Assembly: GCA_964491505.1 (NCBI GenBank)
Contig: CAZBGM010000003.1
Location: 1-41,190, forward strand
DNA length: 41,190 bases
Reading direction: 5' to 3'
Source: an uncultured Methanomicrobiaceae archaeon
Lineage (GTDB): Archaea > Halobacteriota > Methanomicrobia > Methanomicrobiales > Methanomicrobiaceae
Shown: in pieces, positions 1-9,702 of the stretch
How the letters are laid out: the number at the start of each line of letters is the position of its first letter
Position numbering within the stretch: position 1 is the first letter of the stretch
The notes under the pieces: generated by a model
Told to the model about the DNA's origin: nothing
Database searches by the model: none
The model's input: only the letters and a program-made list of their open reading frames with translations
Made by a program: the position numbers and the translations under genes

Positions 1-301
1 CCTGAATCCCGAAGAAACCGGGATGATGTCATTTGTTGACAACGATTGTTTTATGATGTCAGGGCAGTTCGGGGAGCGGTTAAGAAAAGTGCTTTGAAAT
101 TTTCACTCCAGACGTTCAGAAAATCGATTCCGCGCGAGAAAAAAAAGACGCCCATAGATGCGTTCTAAGAGACGAAAATTACTTTTTCATACCATACTAT
201 AACAGCCAGAATCTTTATATATTTCAACTCTAAATGATACTTCGTGAAAACAATGCAAAAAGCTTCAAATCAAAAAAGGGATTACGTATGGACGTTAATT
301 A

Positions 302-373
302 CGCCCCGACCGGGACTTGAACCCGGGTCAAAAGCTCCGCAAGCTTCTAGGATATCCACTACCCTATCGGGAC
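302..373 (-). tRNA. tRNA-Arg (anticodon GCG)
   Basis: The reverse complement folds as a cloverleaf. Acceptor stem GTCCCGA/TCGGGGC with one G-U pair. Anticodon stem GAAGC/GCTTT with loop TTGCGGA (anticodon GCG). T arm CCGGG-TTCAAGT-CCCGG. Discriminator G. CCA is not encoded. Confidence 0.85.
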
Positions 374-486
374 AGGTGTACACGCCTTGGCGTTGCCTAC
401 ATATGTAGTATGAGATTGCATAAAAACCTGCCTTATTTGCACCCCGAAACTCCGGAAAAACGTGACAAAAGGCCGTCCACGTATAC

Positions 487-1170
487 CTAACAAGGTGTCC
501 ACGATGTCATATTTAACCCACCTGCCGGGAAAGGCGCACAGACCGTAACATTGGCATCCACAAAGGCACCAGTTATCTCAACATGAAAATTACCACCAGA
601 GTAAATTCTGAATGAATCACGAAGGGGGTTGGTAAAAATAGTTGGATGCGTCTTACTCTCTACTAGTATTCCTGAATCAGAATCATAAACTGATATTGTG
701 AAAAACGCATTGGGATTCGATCGGGTCAAAGTCTCTACAAAAGAATCCTTATCTTCGAAATTACTAACTCGCCCCTTTTCTATTGTATACATTTCAGGAA
801 CAATAATATAATCAAATAGAAGCGTAGAAACAGGTTCAATTGTATCAAAAGCCAGCACATTGTAATTTAAAGCATCATCATAATGATAAATAACGTAATA
901 TTCAGACGCAGGAGTCACTGTCGGCTTTGGTTCCGCCTGAAGTTCTGGTGACAACGTTGCAGTCGGATACGGTGAAACCGGCACCACAATCTCCTCAGCA
1001 TAGGATTCGCTGGTCGGTGTTGGTGTTGGCTCTGGCGTGGGAGTTGATGGAGAAAGAATATCAGTAATTTCTTCTGGAATCTCAGAAATTTCCATGCATC
1101 CAGAGGTCAAAAAAACTGTACAGCAGATTAGAACCAGCACAACTGCCACGAAAAACCTCCAGGAATGCAT
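487..1170 (-). CDS. hypothetical secreted lipoprotein with Thr/Pro-rich linker
   Basis: 227-aa ATG ORF. It has a hydrophobic signal peptide ending in a lipobox-like LTSGC, then the linker PSTPTPEPTPTPT. No catalytic motif recognised. Confidence 0.6.
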   Translation of the reverse strand: MHSWRFFVAVVLVLICCTVFLTSGCMEISEIPEEITDILSPSTPTPEPTPTPTSESYAEEIVVPVSPYPTATLSPELQAEPKPTVTPASEYYVIYHYDDALNYNVLAFDTIEPVSTLLFDYIIVPEMYTIEKGRVSNFEDKDSFVETLTRSNPNAFFTISVYDSDSGILVESKTHPTIFTNPLRDSFRIYSGGNFHVEITGAFVDANVTVCAPFPAGGLNMTSWTPC

Positions 1171-1209
1171 GTAATGCTACTTCTTCACAGCAGAATATAA
1201 AGCTTCGGC

Positions 1210-2379
1210 TCAACTTCCGGCATAACGTCCAAGAAGAGAATAATAAACATCTGATGCCCGCTTAAGATCCTTCGTTCGGACGCACTCGTTCGTGCCATGA
1301 ATCGTTTTGATCTCGCCCGGCCCATATTCAATAGCACGAAAACCAGCAGCACGCAGGAATCGGGCATCACTTGCTGCCCATTGAACAAAAGGAACGCCCT
1401 CATGCCCACATACTTCCTGAATCGCCTGACATGTTTCCGTCACAATCTGCTCAGATGCGAGAATTAAGCTTGGATCTGCTCTGTCGAGAACTTCAATTGT
1501 ACCGCTGCTTTTTCTTCGAAGAACCTGCAGAATCTTCTCCGTACTACAGCCCCACGGCACTCTGAGTTCAGCATCCAGCGTACACTGCTGTGCGACCACA
1601 TTTATGCCCTCTCCACCACTGACAATACCAGGATTAAACGTAATACTACGCAGTGCTGCCTCGATCTCAGGTATCCCAAAAATTTCTTCCAGAAGCACAC
1701 CAGAGTGCGAAATCAGCATCTCAAGCCCCGGGTCTGCCGGGAACCGGTGATTACTAAGCTCATGCAAGACTGAAATAAAAGAACATGCCTCAGCAATAGC
1801 ACTGGTTCCTGAATATGGATACAGTGAACCATGTCCGGGAATTCCTTCAAATTTTGCTTTCAGCCGAATGACACCCTTTTGCCCGATACATGGCGAATAC
1901 TGTGGTGTTGGCTCAGCAATAATACAGTCACAGGGGGAAATGGTGTCGGATTTCAGGAGTTGCACGATACCAAATTCAGAACCCGCCTCTTCATCACAGA
2001 CCAAAGCAAGCTGTGCTGGCAGTTCGTTTTCAGTTTCAATCCATTGGGCAAGGGCATCAACCATCGCAGCGACACCGCCTTTCATGTCTGTGGCACCCCG
2101 CCCATGGACCATCCCATTTTCCACAACACCTGAAAACGGTGGACGATCCCATCCGACATCAAGAGCCGGTACTGTATCCACATGACCACAGAAAAGAAGA
2201 TCCGATTTCTTTGGTCCGGTTGTCAGATTACAGCGATTTCCCGGATATTCAGAAATTTCAGTTACAAGGCCTAACCCTTCCAGATAATCGGCAAGAAAAT
2301 AGATGACATCCCGTGTCGCACCCGGAGGGTTCTCACTCCGAATTGCTACTAATTCAGAGCAAAGATGGGCGACATCCAT
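1210..2379 (-). CDS. M20-family metallohydrolase (ArgE/DapE/acetylornithine deacetylase-like)
   Basis: 389 aa. M20 metal and catalytic motifs are present: CGHVDTVP, HGRGATDMKGG, CDEEAGSE. GGAGG Shine-Dalgarno sequence upstream of the ATG. Substrate cannot be assigned from sequence. Confidence 0.8.
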   Translation of the reverse strand: MDVAHLCSELVAIRSENPPGATRDVIYFLADYLEGLGLVTEISEYPGNRCNLTTGPKKSDLLFCGHVDTVPALDVGWDRPPFSGVVENGMVHGRGATDMKGGVAAMVDALAQWIETENELPAQLALVCDEEAGSEFGIVQLLKSDTISPCDCIIAEPTPQYSPCIGQKGVIRLKAKFEGIPGHGSLYPYSGTSAIAEACSFISVLHELSNHRFPADPGLEMLISHSGVLLEEIFGIPEIEAALRSITFNPGIVSGGEGINVVAQQCTLDAELRVPWGCSTEKILQVLRRKSSGTIEVLDRADPSLILASEQIVTETCQAIQEVCGHEGVPFVQWAASDARFLRAAGFRAIEYGPGEIKTIHGTNECVRTKDLKRASDVYYSLLGRYAGS

Positions 2380-2405
2380 ATAGATTCCTCCGGAAAAAAC
2401 AGATC

Positions 2406-2918
2406 TCAGGCTTTCTTTTCAGCGATAAATGCATCAAAGAAATTACCCAGACTGCTGTTCTGGTAAATACGGTTCAGGAATTTTTTGTCAAAGAACTCGT
2501 CTATGAAGAGCTCGAAATATTTTACCGGTACTGGCTGGAACGTGTCAGGATCAAGGACGATCCGGAAACTACGATAGGACGCTTGTTTATCTGTATTATA
2601 GATCTGCTGCCAGAGCGATGGGAGTTTCTCATAATCCTCTGGGTGGTTATCTTTGAGCCAGTTGATGAATTCAGGGAAATGCACCCGCTCGCCAATTTTT
2701 TCCTCATCAATACGCCAGCGCATGTATTGCATATTCATCAGGTTTCGGACAGACTCAATATTGAAGGCAAGATTGCAGATTGAAAAATCAATATGGGCAA
2801 ATGAATCCATAAGGTAAAAATATAGTACAGGATGAAATTCATTCTTAGCTTCAAAAATTAATGATTTTTCATAGAATTTAGTCAGAACATGTTCATATTC
2901 ATTCTTTTCACGGATCAT
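2406..2918 (-). CDS. hypothetical protein (170 aa, aromatic-rich, cytoplasmic)
   Basis: Clean ATG ORF with no competing frame of better quality. The overlapping + strand ORF 2313..2783 looks like a shadow. No motif recognised. Confidence 0.55.
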   Translation of the reverse strand: MIREKNEYEHVLTKFYEKSLIFEAKNEFHPVLYFYLMDSFAHIDFSICNLAFNIESVRNLMNMQYMRWRIDEEKIGERVHFPEFINWLKDNHPEDYEKLPSLWQQIYNTDKQASYRSFRIVLDPDTFQPVPVKYFELFIDEFFDKKFLNRIYQNSSLGNFFDAFIAEKKA

Positions 2919-3029
2919 ATATTCATATTAGTATTCTTATAAAAAGTGCTTTGTGAAATTGTTGAGACACTCAAAACATCATGTGGCTAAAAAAAACAAT
3001 CAATATTTGCATAAAAATTAAAAGTACGT

Positions 3030-3908
3030 TCAGGTGAAGAACGGTTTTCGTTCCTGAACTGCTTTTTTAAACAACTCCTCAAGCTCCTCTCCGCGTTTCC
3101 CTCTGACATCGATGTGATTGTCATGACGTAACAGACAAGGCTTGAGTTTTCCGTCTGAGGTTACCCTGAGACGGTTACAGTGCGCGCAGAATTCCCGGTT
3201 GTGCATGGGGCGCACAATCTCCACCTCAGCATCATCCAGACAGTATTTCTTGCGGTGGTGCATACGCCGCGTAAGAATTATTTTCGAACGTTTCGAAAGT
3301 TCTTCTTCGAGTGGCGTAAGATCGACATGGTATTTCGTTCCCTGAAATTCCATCATCTCAATATACTGGATAATAAGATCACGGTTTCCCCGGACGTATT
3401 CAGCAAATTTGTCCAGTTCGTTCTCGTTCACTCCTTTCAATAGCACAACGTTAATCTTCACCGGCGTAAGGCCTGCCTTTACCGCCGCATCAATTCCTTC
3501 AAGGACTTTCGGCAGACAAGCCTTCCCGGTAATCTGAGCATATTTTATTGGGTCGAGAGTATCAAGACTTACATTTGCCCGCGAAAGCCCTGCAGCTTTC
3601 AGATCTTCTGCAAGTGTTCCCAGAAACACTCCGTTCGTGGTGATTGAACTTTCCATTCCTTCAGGAACAGAAGCGATAATTTCGACAATATCTTTTCGTA
3701 CGAGCGGTTCACCGCCAGTGAACTTCACGCTATTAACGCCATATTTTTTCGCTACCCGAAGAATTTCAGCAATGTCATCCCTGCTGATCTCCCCTTCAGG
3801 ATTATTTTCTCCTTCCCGGTGGCAGTATACACAATTGAGGTTGCAGCGGGAGGTAACACTTATACGAATATTTCGAATTGTTCTTCCGTAGGTATCAGTC
3901 AGTTTCAT
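3030..3908 (-). CDS. moaA: GTP 3',8-cyclase (molybdenum cofactor biosynthesis protein A)
   Basis: 292 aa. N-terminal radical-SAM cluster motif CNLNCVYCH. C-terminal second-cluster motif CAHCNRLRVTSDGKLKPCL. The start overlaps the rlmE stop (ATGA). Confidence 0.9.
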   Translation of the reverse strand: MKLTDTYGRTIRNIRISVTSRCNLNCVYCHREGENNPEGEISRDDIAEILRVAKKYGVNSVKFTGGEPLVRKDIVEIIASVPEGMESSITTNGVFLGTLAEDLKAAGLSRANVSLDTLDPIKYAQITGKACLPKVLEGIDAAVKAGLTPVKINVVLLKGVNENELDKFAEYVRGNRDLIIQYIEMMEFQGTKYHVDLTPLEEELSKRSKIILTRRMHHRKKYCLDDAEVEIVRPMHNREFCAHCNRLRVTSDGKLKPCLLRHDNHIDVRGKRGEELEELFKKAVQERKPFFT

Positions 3909-4504
3909 TCCTTTCTCCCTTTAAAACTCTTGCCAATAATATATGTTTCAGTGCTTCCCCGCCGTGACGCCCGCGCCCGGTAGGCCTTCACAGCATGAAA
4001 GTGCTTATGCATCTCGTCAAAAAATCCCTTGAACATCTCTCCCTGAAACGACTTAACCACAAAGTTTCCACCGGGTTTCAGACAGGTCACTGCAAAGGTA
4101 AGTGCGTCTTCGTTCAGTCCAATAGCCCGTGCCTGATCATAGCTTTTTTGTCCGGATAGTTTCGGTGAGGCGTCACAAACCACCACATTGACAATTTCCA
4201 TCTCCTGTAGAATACGTTCCTGAATCTCTGGTTTGGTGAAATCACCGGTATGGTTAATCGCACCCTCCACGGCAGAAACATGTTTCAAGTCAATCCCAAC
4301 GATAATCCCGTCAGTTAAACCAGTTAGAACCTGCATCCAGCTACCCGGTGCTGAACCAAGGTCAACAACATTGTCTCCGTTTCTGATAATCCCAAATTTT
4401 TTCTGAATTTCCAGAAGCTTATAGGCAGCACGTGATCGATACCCTTCTTTTACAGAACGTTGGTAAAATTTGTCTTTTGAATATACTGAGCCCATTTTAT
4501 CCAC
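3905..4504 (-). CDS. rlmE: 23S rRNA 2'-O-ribose methyltransferase RlmE/FtsJ
   Basis: 199 aa. FtsJ motifs RSRAAYKLLEI and DLGSAPGSW (SAM binding). The track start at 4504 is GTG. An in-frame ATG at 4495 is an equally plausible start. Confidence 0.85.
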   Translation of the reverse strand: MDKMGSVYSKDKFYQRSVKEGYRSRAAYKLLEIQKKFGIIRNGDNVVDLGSAPGSWMQVLTGLTDGIIVGIDLKHVSAVEGAINHTGDFTKPEIQERILQEMEIVNVVVCDASPKLSGQKSYDQARAIGLNEDALTFAVTCLKPGGNFVVKSFQGEMFKGFFDEMHKHFHAVKAYRARASRRGSTETYIIGKSFKGRKE

Positions 4505-4606
4505 TGTTTAATTTTTTTAACATAAATAGCCTGTAACGACTAAAACATCAATTATAATTAAAATTATGCTGATATACAATATAAGAGAGTTTGTAAAGGG
4601 ATAGAG

Positions 4607-5350
4607 ATGTTAAAGGCAGTTATTGATACAGATATTTTTAGAGAGATGATCGACGTCATCGCAGCAATGGTAAACGAGTGCCGGATGCATATTAGTGCAG
4701 ATGGATTTAAGATGATTGCTGTGGATACGGCAAACGTTGCAATGGTCTCCCTGAACCTTACAACCGAAGCATTTAGCTCGTTTTCAGCGAGTGATGATGT
4801 CATCGGTCTTGACATCACCAAGATGAAAAATATCATCGGGCTGATGGGCAAAGGAGACGAACTGACACTTGAACTTCCGGATGGCGCCGGAAAGATGGAG
4901 ATGAGTTTTGGCGGATACAAATATTCAATCTCCCTTCTGGATGTTAATACAATCAGAAAAGATCCCAATCCACCGACGATAGATCTGCCAGGAAAGGTAG
5001 TTATGAAGGGTTCTGAGCTGAATAATGCGATAAAAGGTGCATCGCTGGTTTCTGATAAGATAGCACTTGGGATAAAACCGGATGCCGGAACGTTTTACCT
5101 TGAGGCAGAAGGTGACACCGATCGTATTAACCTTGAACTCGGATCCGACCAGCTTGAATCCCTGACTGCTGCCGAAGCGCGCTCGCTCTTCTCTCTGGAT
5201 TATCTGCGTGAGATAGGGAAAGTCATGAACCGAGCGGACCAGATTACGATAAGTATTGGTCTCGATCATCCAGTTAAACTCTCCTTTGACGTTGCAGATG
5301 GAAACGGCCATGTTGAGTATCTGCTTGCACCCCGGATTGAGGCCGACTGA
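4607..5350 (+). CDS. pcn: DNA polymerase sliding clamp (PCNA)
   Basis: 247 aa, the canonical archaeal PCNA length. N-terminal pattern F..I..I...V.E......G....AVD.ANVAMV.L. The stop overlaps the PriL start (TGATG). Confidence 0.9.
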   Translation: MLKAVIDTDIFREMIDVIAAMVNECRMHISADGFKMIAVDTANVAMVSLNLTTEAFSSFSASDDVIGLDITKMKNIIGLMGKGDELTLELPDGAGKMEMSFGGYKYSISLLDVNTIRKDPNPPTIDLPGKVVMKGSELNNAIKGASLVSDKIALGIKPDAGTFYLEAEGDTDRINLELGSDQLESLTAAEARSLFSLDYLREIGKVMNRADQITISIGLDHPVKLSFDVADGNGHVEYLLAPRIEAD

Positions 5351-6447
5351 TGCCGGTCGAGCTTGAAAAAAAAGATCTAGCTAAATACCCATTTTTACAG
5401 GAAGCGCATGACATGGTAAGTGTCGGTGCATATGCGCCCCTGGATACTTTTCTGAAGAGCAATGCCGGGACTTTTACGACTGCCAAAGCTGTGCGGCGAA
5501 TACAGGACGCAGTAAACCCCCCGTATCGGTTTGAAAATTTACTGACAGAAAAACCTGAAAATGAAGTCTTGGCCTATGCCATCGCCCGCCTGATAATCTC
5601 CTGTGCAGACGATGTCCGGCTGGCAGACCGGCTGGCACAATATGAATCTGAACGCGCTCTTTATTTTTTTCGAGATGAAGAGTCGGCAAAGATACAACAA
5701 TACGTAGCAGACAGTGTCGGATTTCCTGCTGAGACTTCGTCACTGCCAATGATTTCATACGTGAATCTTACCGCAAAGTTGCGGGATGCGTCATGGCGTC
5801 TTGTCAACCGCCGGGTCTATGCGGGCGAGGTCCAGATATCATCTGAAGAAACGAATGAATTACTACTGGAACGTATCAGAATCCTGCTTCGCCGGGGTCT
5901 TCCAATAGCGGTCCCGGATGGATTGTGCGAACAGCTGTCAGGTGCAACCGAATCGATCACGAAGATTTGGCAGGAACGAATTCTCCAACAGTTTGGATCT
6001 GTTGAGGAAGGAGCGTTTCCCCCTTGTATGCAGGCTATAATTCACGCTGTCGCTGCAGGCACCAATATACCCCATGCCGCGCGTTTTGCGGTGACGGCCT
6101 TTATGAACACCATTGGCATGGACGAGACACAGATTGTCGAAGTCTATACCAGGGCACCGGACTTTGATATCTCCCGGACGATGTATCAGGTTGAGCATAT
6201 TTCAGGCCGAAGCGGCACAGAATATACTCCTCCCTCCTGTCCAACGATGAAAACCTACGGCCTTTGCGTAAATAAAAATGCACTCTGTGCGAAAGTCCAG
6301 CACCCGCTTTCCTACTATACCCGAAAGAAAAAGGAACTGAATAAGAAAAATGAAGAGAAAAAAACCGAATCAGGCGATTCTTTTGGCTCTGAAAATAATG
6401 GTACCGCTCACGGACATAAAGAGCACAAAAACCACAAGAGCGGCTAA
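5350..6447 (+). CDS. priL: DNA primase large subunit PriL
   Basis: 365 aa. The C-terminal Fe-S domain has conserved Cys residues (FPPCMQ, PPSCPTMK, LCVNKNALC) followed by HPLSYY. It ends in a Lys/Glu/Asn-rich tail of about 40 aa. Confidence 0.85.
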   Translation: MPVELEKKDLAKYPFLQEAHDMVSVGAYAPLDTFLKSNAGTFTTAKAVRRIQDAVNPPYRFENLLTEKPENEVLAYAIARLIISCADDVRLADRLAQYESERALYFFRDEESAKIQQYVADSVGFPAETSSLPMISYVNLTAKLRDASWRLVNRRVYAGEVQISSEETNELLLERIRILLRRGLPIAVPDGLCEQLSGATESITKIWQERILQQFGSVEEGAFPPCMQAIIHAVAAGTNIPHAARFAVTAFMNTIGMDETQIVEVYTRAPDFDISRTMYQVEHISGRSGTEYTPPSCPTMKTYGLCVNKNALCAKVQHPLSYYTRKKKELNKKNEEKKTESGDSFGSENNGTAHGHKEHKNHKSG

Positions 6448-6561
6448 GTAGGCATACCCTCCGGGAAGAAATGCCGGAAAGATGAAAAAGCAGGCAATAA
6501 GAAGGAAAATTCCTCCAAGAGCAGCACCAACATCTCTGACAAGCGTTTCTGAATTTTTCAT
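6370..6561 (-). CDS. possible small membrane protein (63 aa, two TM helices)
   Basis: This is the ATG-initiated part of track ORF 6370..6681: MKNSETLVRDVGAALGGIFLLIACFFIFPAFLPGGYAYLAALVVFVLFMSVSGTIIFRAKRIA. The first TM helix lies outside priL. The last 78 nt overlap the priL tail convergently. Confidence 0.35.
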   Translation of the reverse strand: MKNSETLVRDVGAALGGIFLLIACFFIFPAFLPGGYAYLAALVVFVLFMSVSGTIIFRAKRIA

Positions 6562-6646
6562 TGTCTTTATTTTGCCATTATAGCGATAAAGCGTTATCCT
6601 TTCACCCTGATCTTTTTTTGTCAACACGTGCAACCCTATCTCTGCT

Positions 6647-7201
6647 ATGATGCAAAGAGTTGAGGGCCTTACCCTGCTCAAAATTTATGTTACCTCAGAA
6701 TCACTCATCAACCATTGTTGTGCCACAGCAGCAGTAATGAAGATGGCTGCCGGATATCTGGGTGAAGACACAGAAATGTGGGAGACAATAGGCATTCTTC
6801 ATGACATTGATTTTGAGCAGGTAGGAGAAGATATGACGCGCCACGGTATCGAAGCTGAATTGATTCTGGCTTCACATGATATCGACCCGGCACTGATCAC
6901 CATCATCCGTGAACATAACCATCTCCTTCACGAAGGTGCGTATGAGACCCCAGTCGAGATCACGTTGCAGGCTTCAGACAGCATTTCCGGCCTTGTTATT
7001 GCCTGTGCACTGGTAAAAGGTGGAAAAATCTCTGATGTGACACCAAAAACAGTACAGAAAAAGATGAAGAATAAAGGATTTGCAGCAGGATGCGAACGGG
7101 ACAGAATTCGTCTGATTGAATCGCTTATTCCTCTGCCGGAATTTTATGCGCTTGCTATCAAAGGTATCACAGAGATCAGAGAAGAACTGGGACTTATCTA
7201 A
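6647..7201 (+). CDS. HD-domain metal-dependent phosphohydrolase
   Basis: 184 aa. It has the HD signature GILHDIDFE plus a downstream His cluster (REHNHLLHEG). Confidence 0.7.
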   Translation: MMQRVEGLTLLKIYVTSESLINHCCATAAVMKMAAGYLGEDTEMWETIGILHDIDFEQVGEDMTRHGIEAELILASHDIDPALITIIREHNHLLHEGAYETPVEITLQASDSISGLVIACALVKGGKISDVTPKTVQKKMKNKGFAAGCERDRIRLIESLIPLPEFYALAIKGITEIREELGLI

Positions 7202-7210
7202 AGGATTGTG

Positions 7211-7750
7211 ATGACAAAAGAAAAACGCCAAAACATACTCACAAAACTGGATCGGGCAACTGTCAACCTTTGTGAGAAAATAAACCCTTCACTTCTCCCT
7301 GACGGTGGCATGAACCTGGTTTATGCACTTCCAGGAGCAACAGATCCATCTGAAGTGGCAGGAATTCCAAGAGGTATAACCTGCCGCGCCGACTCAGTTG
7401 CGCCAAGTGAACCTGCGATGTTTGGCGCGGGTGGAACAGTAACAACACTTGTTCTGACTGCGATTCACTATGAATCAGTGATTCGAAGCGCCGCAATTAT
7501 TCGGCATTCTGATGAGATTGTGGCCATCTGTGAAGATATTTTCCCGGAAGTAAAATCATTTGACCGGAGCCGGGAACCGCCGGGAATAACGTCAATGGAC
7601 TGGGGCATTGCCTTCTGTTGCCAACCCGGTGATGTACCTGATGTCATCTTTGATCGCGGAACTACCGGAAAAGTTCCCCTGTTACGCCTTTTGGGAGAGG
7701 ATCCCAGAGAGATCGTTCAGAATCTTCTTATTATATCAAAGCGCATTTAA
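7211..7750 (+). CDS. ThiN-domain (thiamine-phosphate synthase-like) family protein
   Basis: 179 aa from the ATG (the track start at 7208 is GTG). The pattern GMNLVYALPGA...VAGIPRGI...FGAGG...RSAAIIR resembles stand-alone archaeal ThiN/COG1992 proteins. Assignment is from memory of the family. Confidence 0.5.
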   Translation: MTKEKRQNILTKLDRATVNLCEKINPSLLPDGGMNLVYALPGATDPSEVAGIPRGITCRADSVAPSEPAMFGAGGTVTTLVLTAIHYESVIRSAAIIRHSDEIVAICEDIFPEVKSFDRSREPPGITSMDWGIAFCCQPGDVPDVIFDRGTTGKVPLLRLLGEDPREIVQNLLIISKRI

Positions 7751-7788
7751 TAAGAAAAAGCTAAATTCATACATCAGGAAGGAATATC

Positions 7789-7980
7789 ATGGGAATTAAA
7801 CCAACATATATCAAGGCACTCAGTCAGGAACTGCTCGCAAAACACGGTAAAAAATTTACCGGAGATTTCGAAAACAACAAACTGGCCGTTGACGAAGTCG
7901 CAATCATCAACTCAAAACGTGTTCGCAACCGCGTAGCAGGCAGCGTGACACGAAAGGTAAATAGAAGGAAGATAATATAA
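7789..7980 (+). CDS. rps17e: 30S ribosomal protein S17e
   Basis: 63 aa. MGIKPTYIKALSQELLAKHGKKFTGDFENNK...NSKRVRNRVAG matches the eS17 N-terminal signature. AGGAAGGA Shine-Dalgarno sequence upstream. Confidence 0.9.
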   Translation: MGIKPTYIKALSQELLAKHGKKFTGDFENNKLAVDEVAIINSKRVRNRVAGSVTRKVNRRKII

Positions 7981-7987
7981 TTTCTTT

Positions 7988-8863
7988 ATGTTTCAGGGCG
8001 TATTTCCTGCATTAATTACACCTTTTACCAACGATTCTTTGATGGGCATAGACCAGACAGGTCTTCGCTCTAATATCGAATTTCTCATCTCTCAGGGAGT
8101 GCACGGTGTCGTACCCTGTGGTTCTACGGGCGAATCAGCCACATTAACCTTCGAAGAGCATGAGCAGGTCATCGGAATTACAATCGACTGTGCCAACGGA
8201 CGGGTCCCGGTAATCGCGGGCACTGGATCAAACAATACCGCAGAAGCGGTTCGGTTTACCCAGTCAGCAAAAGATCAGGGTGCTGACGGAGTGCTAGTCC
8301 TAAGTCCGTATTACAACAAACCAAACCGCTCTGGCCTTGTCAAGCATTACACGAAGCTCGCAGACTGTGACATCCCGGTGATCATCTACAATGTTCCCGG
8401 ACGGACTGGCCAGAATCTCCCGCCGGATCTGATTCTCGAACTCGCAGAGCTTCCGAATATTGTCGGGGTGAAAGAAGCGAGTGGAGACATTGTTCAGATT
8501 TCCCGAATCATTGAAGGCACCCGCGACCTAGACTTTTCAGTACTTTCCGGTGACGATGCCATGACCCTGGCGGTGCTGGCCCTTGGTGGAAAAGGCGTGA
8601 TCGCCGTTACCGCCAACATTGAACCAGCCAGAATGGTACAGATCTACGAAAAGTTTTCAACCGGTGATCTGGCTGGCGCCCAGGATATGCATTATGAACT
8701 GTCACCATTAATGCGGGCCATGTTTGTAGACACCAATCCAATTCCAGTTAAGAAAGCGGTCGGACTCCGAGGTATGCCCGCTGGACCGGTACGACTGCCA
8801 CTTGATAATCTGGATGCCACAAAGACTGCTGAACTACAAACGGTGCTTGATACGTATGAGTAA
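7988..8863 (+). CDS. dapA: 4-hydroxy-tetrahydrodipicolinate synthase
   Basis: 291 aa. DapA motifs GVVPCGSTGE and YNVPGRTG, with the active-site Lys in VGVKEASGD. Confidence 0.92.
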   Translation: MFQGVFPALITPFTNDSLMGIDQTGLRSNIEFLISQGVHGVVPCGSTGESATLTFEEHEQVIGITIDCANGRVPVIAGTGSNNTAEAVRFTQSAKDQGADGVLVLSPYYNKPNRSGLVKHYTKLADCDIPVIIYNVPGRTGQNLPPDLILELAELPNIVGVKEASGDIVQISRIIEGTRDLDFSVLSGDDAMTLAVLALGGKGVIAVTANIEPARMVQIYEKFSTGDLAGAQDMHYELSPLMRAMFVDTNPIPVKKAVGLRGMPAGPVRLPLDNLDATKTAELQTVLDTYE

Positions 8864-9620
8864 GATTGTCATTTGTGGTGCCCTTGGCCGTATGGGTATG
8901 ACCATAGCCAGCATGATAAACGAGGCAGATGATCTTGAGCTCGTTGGTGGTGTGGATGTCAAAGACGGTGAATTTTTTGGCTGTCCGGTGGTGCGCGCGG
9001 AGAAGATGGACGCGTTGCTTGAGAAAACACAACCAGATGTCGTTATCGATTTTACGGTAGCCCATGCTGCGGTTGAAAATATCAAACTAGCTGCGGCATC
9101 TGGCGCGTCACTCGTTGTAGGTACAACAGGATTTACGCCAGAACAACGGTCTGAGATTGAAACCGCAATCAACGGAAATGTTTCTGCGGTCATCTCCACG
9201 AACTATAGTGTTGGTGTCAATATCTTCTGGAAGCTGGTCAGGGAAGCGTCAAAGCGTCTTGGTGACTATGATATTGAGGTGACTGAAGCGCATCACCACT
9301 TCAAGAAAGATGCACCATCCGGTACAGCAAAGACAATTCTCTCAATTATTGAGGAAGAGGTCGGACCGCGCGAGAAATTATATGGCCGTGAAGGTATGAT
9401 CGGCGAGCGTGGCAACGAGATCGGTGTTCACGTAATCCGGGGAGGCGACATCGTAGGTGAACATTCAGTTCTCTTTGCAGGTAATAACGAAGTCATTGAA
9501 CTCTCTCACCGCGCCTTTGACCGGGCCGTTTTTGCTCATGGCGTGTTACGGTCAGCAAGGTATGTGACAGGAAAAGAGAAACGGATTCATTCTATGGATG
9601 AAGTACTGGAACTTGTCTGA
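8856..9620 (+). CDS. dapB: 4-hydroxy-tetrahydrodipicolinate reductase
   Basis: Start trimmed to the ATG at 8856 (MSKIVICGALGRMG, a Rossmann motif), overlapping the dapA stop by 8 nt. DapB signature EAHHHFKKDAPSGTA is present. Confidence 0.9.
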   Translation: MSKIVICGALGRMGMTIASMINEADDLELVGGVDVKDGEFFGCPVVRAEKMDALLEKTQPDVVIDFTVAHAAVENIKLAAASGASLVVGTTGFTPEQRSEIETAINGNVSAVISTNYSVGVNIFWKLVREASKRLGDYDIEVTEAHHHFKKDAPSGTAKTILSIIEEEVGPREKLYGREGMIGERGNEIGVHVIRGGDIVGEHSVLFAGNNEVIELSHRAFDRAVFAHGVLRSARYVTGKEKRIHSMDEVLELV

Positions 9621-9702
9621 TCGAATTTCCTCCTGTTTTCAGGAGCACGAATAGAAACCTATTTCATGAAATTCTCCCAATTCTTTTCGAGGTACGTAAA
9701 AT

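Noticed and set aside
2-97. An open frame running in from the left edge (LNPEETGMMSFVDNDCFMMSGQFGERLRKVL, stop at 95..97). It could be the 3' end of a plus-strand gene.
   Set aside because: Only 31 codons are visible and I recognise no motif. It cannot be told apart from a chance open frame, so it is not reported as a feature.
6562-6681. The longer TTG-initiated version (103 aa) of the small membrane ORF from the track.
   Set aside because: The extension overlaps the start of the divergent HD-domain gene and adds a non-hydrophobic, unremarkable N-terminus. The internal ATG at 6561 is a more plausible start, if the gene is real at all.
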